Made by a program: the position numbers and the translations under genes. From NCBI RefSeq assembly GCF_000196355.1, contig NC_007614.1:1770001-1802000 (forward strand): 32,000 bases of DNA, in the 5' to 3' direction. Position 1 is the first letter of the stretch. Every line of letters begins with the position of its first letter. Shown here piece by piece: positions 19,508-26,879 of the stretch. The notes beneath the pieces were generated by a model. The model worked only from the letters and a program-made list of their open reading frames with translations, searched no databases and was not told the DNA's origin. The stretch comes from Nitrosospira multiformis ATCC 25196 (lineage in GTDB: Bacteria > Pseudomonadota > Gammaproteobacteria > Burkholderiales > Nitrosomonadaceae).

Positions 19508-21619
19508 ATGTCTCTCTTTCGACAACTATGGTTAGCCGTTATCCTGGTGACCATCACAAGTTTTACCGGTAGTCTTTTTGTAAGTCTGCTCGGCACACGA
19601 AGCTATCTGGAGCAACAGCTTCACCGTAAAAACATCGATAGCGCGAATTCTCTCGCATATTCGATTTCCCAACTGCGCAAGGACCCTATCACCATTGGTC
19701 TTCAAATCGCTGCATTTTTTGATAGTGGCCAATACCAGGCAATCTCCATCACCTCCGCCGATGGCAAGTTGATCACAGAACGCGTGCAGAACAAGATAGA
19801 AACGACTGTTCCAGGATGGTTCACTCGTCTCTTTCCAATCAGTGCAGCACCGGGTCAAGCCCAGATATCGGACGCCTTACTGCATTTTGGAGTGATCAAG
19901 GTGGTCAGCCAGGCTCAACTCGCGTATCAGGCACTTTGGGAGCAGGCGAAAACCCTGATGCTCTGGTTTCTGGGGGCAGCGATGGTATGCGTGCTGATCG
20001 GGGCGATGATATTGCAGCGTATCCACAAACCGCTTGCGGAAATGGTCGAGCAGGCCGATGAGATCATAGAACGCCGCTTTCTTACCATTTCAGAACCCCG
20101 CATACCGGAACTGCGCAGTCTGGCGCGTGCCACCAATGACATGATCAGACGCCTGCATAACCGCGGCATCGAAGAAACCAAGCGCCTGGAAGCTTTGCAC
20201 AAGCGAATAAATTTCGACCCGGTCACAGGCTTGGCCCGGCGGGAGCACTTCATGAACCAGCTTAGCCAGATTTTGCTTGGGAGGGAAGAAGGCGATGAAA
20301 TAGAACAGAAATCCGCGACTGCCAGCGAAGCAGCGCGGGAGACGGTCCAGGATGAGGCCAGAGGGGGAGAATTTCGCCCTACGGGTGAACACGGCAAGGT
20401 TTTCCTGCACGAGGAAAAGGCTTTCGCTTCGACTGCAACCGATGCAGATACGGCCACGGGAAAGGTACAAGGCACACGGGGAATTTTTTTTCTTATACGC
20501 CTCAATAATCTGGAAGAAATCAACCGCAAACTCGGCAGAGCTGGCGCAAACGAACTGCTTCATCGGGTTGGCTCACTGATCGCCGGCATCACGGGGGAAT
20601 TCGAGGAAATCACATCTTCTCCGCCGCTTGCTGCACGCCTGAATGGCTCGGATTTCGCCCTACTTGCTCCTGATATCAGGAATGCGGCAAAATTTGCCAG
20701 GCGCTTGTCTGAGGAGCTGGCAGCGCTCCCCCTGCGTGACGGTGACAAGATCGCTGATTTCTGTCATATCGGAGCAGTGCCCTATCGACGGGGTGATACC
20801 CTCAGCGAGCTTCTTTCCAGAGCAGACGCAGCCTTGGCCACGGCGGAGCAGACCGGGGCAAACGCTTGGCATCTCGCGGCCCCGTCATCGGGACAGACTT
20901 CTCCAGTCTCCCTCAATATCTCCGACTGGCGCCACATTTTCAGTGATGCTTTGACTGCCAACCGCTTCATGCTGGCTTTCCACCCTGTTATCGATCCCAC
21001 TGGCGCAGTCCTGCATCAGGAAAGCGTTGCACGCATGCAAGCTCAACCGGAAGGCGGGTGGCTGGAGGCATCCGACTTTATCAGCATCGCCGCTCGTCTG
21101 AATATTACCGGCCCCATTGACGTAGCAGTATTGCGTCACGCACTGGAATTCCTCCAATCGAATACCGGCGAGGTCGCGGTTGATTTATCGATCGAAACAG
21201 TCGCTAACTATCGTTTCCGCAATAAACTTGACGCACTGCTGCACCCCCATCCCGAACTGTGCCGCCGACTCTGGATCGAAGTGTCGGAGTATGGCGCTTT
21301 TCGCAAGTTTGAAGCCTTCCGCGATTTTTGCCACATTTTTAGGCAGTTGGGCTGTCACGTTGGTATCAGGGATTTCGGACGTCATCTCGACAGCATTCAA
21401 AGTCTCGCCGGGGCAGGGCTAAGCTATCTTAAAGTAACCGACAGGTTCATTCACCGCATTAACCAGAATAAAACCAACCAGAAATTCCTGAAAAATCTGT
21501 GCGAACAGGCTCATGCCTTGGGTATGAAAGTGATCGCGCTCGGTGTCCAAAATGAAGTCGAGCGAAAGGCATTGATAAAACTGGGTTTCGACGGTCTGGC
21601 CGGCAAGGGCATAAAATAG
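19508..21619 (+). CDS. LapD/MoxY-type membrane protein with HAMP, degenerate GGDEF and degenerate EAL domains (putative c-di-GMP receptor)
   Basis: 703-aa ORF; MSLFRQLWLAVILVTITSFTGSLFVSLLGTRSYLEQQLHRKNIDSANSLAYSISQL is LapD/MoxY N-terminal-like. GGDEF site reads NGSDF, EAL site reads ESV, DDFG site reads RDFG. Confidence 0.87.
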   Translation: MSLFRQLWLAVILVTITSFTGSLFVSLLGTRSYLEQQLHRKNIDSANSLAYSISQLRKDPITIGLQIAAFFDSGQYQAISITSADGKLITERVQNKIETTVPGWFTRLFPISAAPGQAQISDALLHFGVIKVVSQAQLAYQALWEQAKTLMLWFLGAAMVCVLIGAMILQRIHKPLAEMVEQADEIIERRFLTISEPRIPELRSLARATNDMIRRLHNRGIEETKRLEALHKRINFDPVTGLARREHFMNQLSQILLGREEGDEIEQKSATASEAARETVQDEARGGEFRPTGEHGKVFLHEEKAFASTATDADTATGKVQGTRGIFFLIRLNNLEEINRKLGRAGANELLHRVGSLIAGITGEFEEITSSPPLAARLNGSDFALLAPDIRNAAKFARRLSEELAALPLRDGDKIADFCHIGAVPYRRGDTLSELLSRADAALATAEQTGANAWHLAAPSSGQTSPVSLNISDWRHIFSDALTANRFMLAFHPVIDPTGAVLHQESVARMQAQPEGGWLEASDFISIAARLNITGPIDVAVLRHALEFLQSNTGEVAVDLSIETVANYRFRNKLDALLHPHPELCRRLWIEVSEYGAFRKFEAFRDFCHIFRQLGCHVGIRDFGRHLDSIQSLAGAGLSYLKVTDRFIHRINQNKTNQKFLKNLCEQAHALGMKVIALGVQNEVERKALIKLGFDGLAGKGIK

Positions 21620-21774
21620 CTTTTTGATTCAAAAGTACGGCGTTGTGAACGGGGACATTGGGTTTGCGCGTCCAATCGGAACGTGACCCTTTTCCCGGAG
21701 CGGGGTTATACCTGCAGTCGCCACCAAATTCATCTTTGGATGACTTTTCAGTTTCAACGCTATCCGTTCACATC

Positions 21775-21803
21775 TTGCGATACAAACATGCTATGCCTAT
21801 AAA
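21775..21803 (+). promoter_or_regulatory. Putative sigma70 promoter, TTGCGA - 17 bp - TATAAA
   Basis: -35-like TTGCGA at 21775-21780, 17-bp spacer, TATAAA at 21798-21803, upstream of an AAGGAG (21850-21855) and the ATG at 21861. Confidence 0.4.
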
Positions 21804-21860
21804 TTAATTCGTATAAAAACGTAGTTCAGGAATAAAACCAAAAAAAATAAAGGAGACACA

Positions 21861-24005
21861 ATGACTACTCATCAATGGAAGTTTTTCCGGGCAGGGGGTT
21901 TTGATCAGGTACAAATTGACACCGGCGCCGACCTGCTGGCATTAAAAGACCTGGATCAGAAATTGTGGGTAGCGTTGAGCTGTCCCACACGCGGCATAGA
22001 ATTTGACACGAAAACACTCGACCTGATCGACCATGATGATGACGGGCATGTACACGCAAATGAAGTGCTCGCCGCGATCTCCTGGGCAGGCAAACTGCTG
22101 AGGAATCCGGATCTGCTGGTCAATGGCTCCGGCAGTGTTGCCCTGGCGGATATAGACAGCAGCACTAGCGAGGGGCAGCAGGTGCTGGCATCGGCACAAT
22201 ACATCTTGAGCAGCCTGGGCAAGCCCGATGCGCCCGAAATTTCTCTTGCCGATATGGCTGACATAGAGAAGTTTGTCGCGGGGCTGGATTTCAATGGCGA
22301 TGGGGTAATCACCCCGAGCCAGATTCCCGATGCAGCACTGCGTGCAACCGTGGAAGACATCATGAAGTGCCGTGGATCAGCAACCGACGTGAGCGGAAAG
22401 CCGGGCATCAATCAGGAAATCAGCGATGCGTTCTTTGCCGAAGTTGCGGCCTATTCCAACTGGCAAGCCAAGGGGGAAAGTGACTGCGATATACGTTTCC
22501 TGGGAGACAAAACGCAGGCGGCAGCGGCGGCCTTCCACGCAGTCAAAGACAAAATCAATGATTACTTCACGCGCTGCCGGCTGGCTGCCTATGACATACG
22601 CTCAGCCGTGCCCCTGAGCCGCTCCGCCGATGACTACAAGGGCATTGCCGCACAAACACTATCGGCAAAAAGCGAAGATATCGCCAGCTTTCCTCTGGCC
22701 ACCGTGGAGCCGGAAAAACCTCTGCCATTAATGGCGGGAATCAATCCTGCCTGGCAGGAGGAAATCGATGCATTCCGCAGCCTGGTCGTCGTACCATCAC
22801 TCGGCGAGAAAGAAAACTTATCAGCCTCGGAATGGAAAGCACTATGCGACAGGTTTGCAGCATTTGAAGCCTGGCAGGCGACCAAGCCTGCCTGCTCTGC
22901 CGAACCTCTTGGAGACGCACGCTTGCGCGAAATTTCCACCGGCAGGCACAAGGAGGAAATCGGCAGGCTGATCAGCCAGGATAAAGCGGTAGAAGAGGAA
23001 GTAAAGGCAATCCATTCGGTGGAAAAACTGCTGCGCTACCACCGTGACCTGTTCAATCTGGTCAATAATTTCGTATCCTTCCGGAGCTTTTATACGGGCA
23101 GGGATAGAGCACTCTTCCAGTTGGGGACACTGTACCTCGATGGACGAAGCTGTGATCTGTGTGTAATCGTGGATGACATTGCCAAGCATGCGGAGTTTGC
23201 AAGCATGAGCGGAATCTATCTGGCGTATTGCGACTGTATACGTAAGGGTGGTACCGAGAAAATGAGTATTGCAGCCGCCTTTACCGCCGGTGATTCCGAT
23301 TTCCTGATGATCGGGCGGAACGGCATCTTCTATGATCGAAAAGGCCAGGATTGGGATGCCACGATCGTGCGAATCATCGATCACCCCATCAGCATTCGTC
23401 AGGCTTTCTGGTCCCCCTACAAAAAGCTGGTGAAATTCATCAATGAGCAACTGGAAAAAATGGCTAGCCGAAAAGCCGCCGAGGTGGATGAGAAACTGAC
23501 TGCGGCGGCAGCGGGAGTCGGCGTCCCACCCATTCCCGGTACCCCTCCACCGCCCTCCGCGCAACCATTCGATGTAGGTAAATTCGCCGGGATATTTGCA
23601 GCGATTGGACTGGCCCTCGGCGCAATCGGGGGGGTTGTTGCTTCCATTGTCACGGGTATACTGGGGCTTGAATTCTGGCAGATACCGCTCGCCATCATCG
23701 GCCTGATATTGCTGGTTTCCGGGCCCTCTATGCTAATAGCATGGTTCAAGCTGAAAAAACGCAACCTCGGTCCGGTTCTGGATGCAAATGGATGGGCCAT
23801 CAATGCCCGTGCACGCATCAATATTCCGTTTGGAACGTCACTTACCAGGCTGGCCCGCTTGCCGGAAGGAGCGCGCCGCTCACTGGCGGATCCATACGAG
23901 GATAAAAAAACCGTGTGGCCATTCTATCTTTTAACCATCGGAATCCTTCTTCTCCTGTTCATCATGTGGCACCTAGGAGTTTTTGAATCGCCACCCATCC
24001 GCTAG
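21861..24005 (+). CDS. EF-hand-containing protein with C-terminal transmembrane segments, function unknown
   Basis: 714-aa ORF with a good SD. EF-hand-like loops DHDDDGHVHANE and DFNGDGVITPSQ; Pro-rich linker VPPIPGTPPPPSAQP; hydrophobic segments near IFAAIGLALGAIGGVVASIVTGIL, IPLAIIGLILLVSGPSMLIAWF and FYLLTIGILLLLFIMW. Confidence 0.85.
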   Translation: MTTHQWKFFRAGGFDQVQIDTGADLLALKDLDQKLWVALSCPTRGIEFDTKTLDLIDHDDDGHVHANEVLAAISWAGKLLRNPDLLVNGSGSVALADIDSSTSEGQQVLASAQYILSSLGKPDAPEISLADMADIEKFVAGLDFNGDGVITPSQIPDAALRATVEDIMKCRGSATDVSGKPGINQEISDAFFAEVAAYSNWQAKGESDCDIRFLGDKTQAAAAAFHAVKDKINDYFTRCRLAAYDIRSAVPLSRSADDYKGIAAQTLSAKSEDIASFPLATVEPEKPLPLMAGINPAWQEEIDAFRSLVVVPSLGEKENLSASEWKALCDRFAAFEAWQATKPACSAEPLGDARLREISTGRHKEEIGRLISQDKAVEEEVKAIHSVEKLLRYHRDLFNLVNNFVSFRSFYTGRDRALFQLGTLYLDGRSCDLCVIVDDIAKHAEFASMSGIYLAYCDCIRKGGTEKMSIAAAFTAGDSDFLMIGRNGIFYDRKGQDWDATIVRIIDHPISIRQAFWSPYKKLVKFINEQLEKMASRKAAEVDEKLTAAAAGVGVPPIPGTPPPPSAQPFDVGKFAGIFAAIGLALGAIGGVVASIVTGILGLEFWQIPLAIIGLILLVSGPSMLIAWFKLKKRNLGPVLDANGWAINARARINIPFGTSLTRLARLPEGARRSLADPYEDKKTVWPFYLLTIGILLLLFIMWHLGVFESPPIR

Positions 24006-24082
24006 CCCGGTAATGAAGGTGAAAAAACGCATATCCGACCGCCTGTCCTGAATCTATGCTTGCTTAAGGAGGATAAAAGCCC

Positions 24083-25105
24083 ATGAATACCGATGAACTC
24101 AAGTCAGTGGCCGCAGCCATCGTCGCCAGGGAGAAAGGAATTCTGGCAGCGGATGAAAGCAGTCCTACCATAAAAAAACGTTTTGCTTCGATCGGCGTTG
24201 AATCCACCGAGGAAAACCGGCGCCGCTACCGCGAGTTACTTTTCACCGCAGAAGGTATCGAACGCCACATCAGCGGCGTCATTCTGTATGATGAAACGAT
24301 ACGGCAGAGTTCGAAGGAGGGGGTACCGTTTCCGCAGGTACTGGCGGGGCGGGGAATCATACCGGGCATCAAAGTGGATAAGAGCGCCAAGCCACTGGCG
24401 CTGCAGCCCGGGAACAAAATCACCGAAGGATTGGACAGTTTGCGCGACCGCCTGGCGGAATACAAACAGTTGGGTGCAAAATTTGCCAAATGGCGGGCAG
24501 TCATGGAAATCGATGAGCACTCGCTTCCTTCTGCCTATGCCATCCGCGCAAACTGTCACGCCCTGGCTCGCTATGCCGCTCTCTGTCAGGAAGCCAGCCT
24601 GGTGCCCATTGTGGAACCGGAAGTTCTGATGGATGGCGCGCACGATATCGGACGGTGCGAAAGCATCACTTCCGCCATGCTCGAGACTTTGTTCGGAGAA
24701 CTCGACGCTCATGGCGTAGTGTTCGAAGGGGCCCTGCTCAAGCCCAATATGGTCATTCCGGGAAAGAAATGCGCACTCCAGGCCAGTTCTCAGCAAGTTG
24801 CGGAAGCAACGATCCGCTGCCTGCGCCGTTATGTCCCGGCGGCAGTGCCGGGAATCGTATTTCTCTCGGGCGGTCAGAGTCCCGAGGAAGCGACCGATAA
24901 CCTGAATGCCATGAACGTCATAAGGGGAAACTGCCCCTGGCAACTCAGCTTTTCTTATGGGCGCGCACTCCAGGAACCGGTTCTTGCTGCCTGGAAGGGG
25001 GAAGAAAAAAATGTGGCCGAAGCACAGCGCGTGTTTTCCAGACGTTGCCAGTTAAATGGCTTGGCGCGGGAAGGACTTTATAACCGCTCGATGGAAGACA
25101 GCTGA
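24083..25105 (+). CDS. Class I fructose-bisphosphate aldolase
   Basis: 340-aa ORF; GILAADESSPTIKKRF, ENRRRYRELLF, GVILYDETI, GIIPGIKVDK, FAKWRAVMEI, LVPIVEPEVLMDGAH, VFEGALLKPNMVIPG, GIVFLSGGQSPEEAT, WQLSFSYGRALQ. Confidence 0.95.
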   Translation: MNTDELKSVAAAIVAREKGILAADESSPTIKKRFASIGVESTEENRRRYRELLFTAEGIERHISGVILYDETIRQSSKEGVPFPQVLAGRGIIPGIKVDKSAKPLALQPGNKITEGLDSLRDRLAEYKQLGAKFAKWRAVMEIDEHSLPSAYAIRANCHALARYAALCQEASLVPIVEPEVLMDGAHDIGRCESITSAMLETLFGELDAHGVVFEGALLKPNMVIPGKKCALQASSQQVAEATIRCLRRYVPAAVPGIVFLSGGQSPEEATDNLNAMNVIRGNCPWQLSFSYGRALQEPVLAAWKGEEKNVAEAQRVFSRRCQLNGLAREGLYNRSMEDS

Positions 25106-25127
25106 ACTTGCGCACACGGTGTAAGCC

Positions 25128-25514
25128 ATGGGTCTTTATGCATTAACGGCGATAGGCGCGGGTGCGGCGCTGGGCGCTTGGTTACGCTGGTGGTTTGGGA
25201 TGACGTTAAACCCCCTGTTTCCGACTCTTCCCCTGGGTACTCTCGCTGCTAACCTGACCGGAGGTTATCTTATCGGGGCCGCGATCGAGTATTTTCATCA
25301 CAACAGCTTTCTCCCGCCCGAGGCACGGCTGTTTGCCATCACCGGCTTTCTCGGTGGATTGACAACCTTCTCCACCTTTTCGGCCGAAACCGTTACGCTG
25401 CTCTTGCGCGGCCAATATGCCTGGACGTTTGTCATCATATTTTCACACCTGACTGGCTCTCTGGTGATGACTATACTGGGAATAATGACAGTCAAATGGC
25501 TGGCGCAGCATTGA
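25128..25514 (+). CDS. crcB: Fluoride efflux transporter CrcB
   Basis: 128-aa ORF; GAGAALGAWLRWWFG, LPLGTLAANLTGGYLIG, GFLGGLTTFSTFSAE. Confidence 0.93.
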   Translation: MGLYALTAIGAGAALGAWLRWWFGMTLNPLFPTLPLGTLAANLTGGYLIGAAIEYFHHNSFLPPEARLFAITGFLGGLTTFSTFSAETVTLLLRGQYAWTFVIIFSHLTGSLVMTILGIMTVKWLAQH

Positions 25515-25579
25515 AAGAGGATTTCCAAGTCCGGCCGGAAAAATGATACAGGGAATGAGAGAAGCAAACGGAGGAGGAT

Positions 25580-25897
25580 ATGCAAGGAGTCTTTCTCAAA
25601 TTCTACGTAAGCGAATACCGCGAGCATAACGGCATACTGCTGTACGAGTGGCTGCTGGAGCGCGCAAAAAAAAGCGGCTTTAATGGCGGTACCGCAACCC
25701 GCGCCTTGGCCGGTTTCGGTCGGCATGGCGTATTGCACACGGAAACCTTTCTTGAACTGGCGGCAGATCTTCCTGTGGAAGTCAGCTTTGTACTCAGTAA
25801 AAAAGAAGCCGAAGATTTCATGCATCTGCTGCAAGCGGAAAACATCGACCTTTTTTACGTCAATTTTCCGGTCGAGTATGGTTTTTTGCCGGAGTAA
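25580..25897 (+). CDS. DUF190 domain-containing protein
   Basis: 105-aa ORF downstream of crcB; LYEWLLERAKKSGFNGGTATRALAGFGRHGVLHT; family is commonly found next to crcB. Confidence 0.88.
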   Translation: MQGVFLKFYVSEYREHNGILLYEWLLERAKKSGFNGGTATRALAGFGRHGVLHTETFLELAADLPVEVSFVLSKKEAEDFMHLLQAENIDLFYVNFPVEYGFLPE

Positions 25898-26245
25898 GTG
25901 TAAGTTCCGCTGCAGACAATATACAGAAGCAGAAACGCCAGTACATCAGTATCGCCCCCCTAAAGGTAAGTTAAACTGCACTCCATCTGATTCCAGATTT
26001 TCCCGCCTGTTCCTGCTCACCACCCGGTCATGCTGTTCGATCTGTCATTTCCATCCGACATTCTCATTTTTACAGGTACTATGCGCGCATTGATCTGCAA
26101 CGCCACAAGATTGTCATTGCGCCCGTCGAGCCTGCTTGAAGCTCTTAAAACCGGATCCTATTCGATCTGCGCCAACTCCGCCTTCGATTGATAAGCATCC
26201 ACGGCGATAATGTGGAATAGCGGCTGTCGCCCTTGCTGCCTTCCG

Positions 26246-26386
26246 TTATTTACTGCTCTTCAGATACGCAGTGATAAAAAAGGGCGAGGTGCTCTCCTTG
26301 CTGCCGGCCTTGTCTGAATCCCCTCCTCCCCATACCAGCCCTATCACCAGCGCAACAATTATGATTTTCACACGCATATCGGCCAT
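26246..26386 (-). CDS. Possible small single-TM protein (46 aa), unknown
   Basis: In-frame ATG inside track ORF 26246..26479: MADMRVKIIIVALVIGLVWGGGDSDKAGSKESTSPFFITAYLKSSK; one hydrophobic helix, weak SD. Confidence 0.25.
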   Translation of the reverse strand: MADMRVKIIIVALVIGLVWGGGDSDKAGSKESTSPFFITAYLKSSK

Positions 26387-26417
26387 CTCGAATGGAATGA
26401 TAAGGTCATAAAGTTGC

Positions 26418-26452
26418 AAAAAAAGCCCGGCGCAGGAGGCCTGCGGCCGGGC
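26418..26452 (-). terminator. Rho-independent terminator for minus-strand transcription
   Basis: Reverse strand reads GCCCGGC(C)GCAGG-CCT-CCTGC-GCCGGGC-TTTTTTT: 12-bp GC-rich stem with a single bulge, 3-nt loop, followed by a 7-T run. Confidence 0.85.
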
Positions 26453-26879
26453 GCGGTGGCGTTTGCTTCTACTACTCATTACATGTACATGACTTTTACT
26501 TCTACTTCTACCTCGTTTACTACTGCTGGAGAAGCTCTCTGTTTCCGATTCCCTCTTGCTTCCCCGGTTTGCATACTACCAGCTTGAACGGCTTTGCCTA
26601 TTGGACCGAAGTACAACCCGCGGTATAGCCACGTTTATATCTTCATGAGGGAACACTTCCAGTCAGGTGAATGAAGGCATCGCATACGTCCTGTCATTAC
26701 CGGTTTCCCTGCCCCTCTGCCCAGGGCCCAGGCATCAATCGCTGGATTGGATGCACGCATTCAGCATTTAAGGGCGTTTGTGCTATACATAATTGCAACT
26801 GCCGACTCCCGCAACTCGCTATGGCGCGGCCTTGAAACCGGCTACCGTCGCTTGCCCCGCCAACTGAAAGGTTCCTCAC

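Noticed and set aside
22842-23564. 240-aa minus-strand ORF inside the EF-hand gene
   Set aside because: The plus-strand gene has a strong SD, EF-hand loops and TM segments; the antisense frame has none of these.
24236-24943. 235-aa minus-strand ORF antisense to the aldolase
   Set aside because: The plus strand carries unambiguous class I aldolase motifs.
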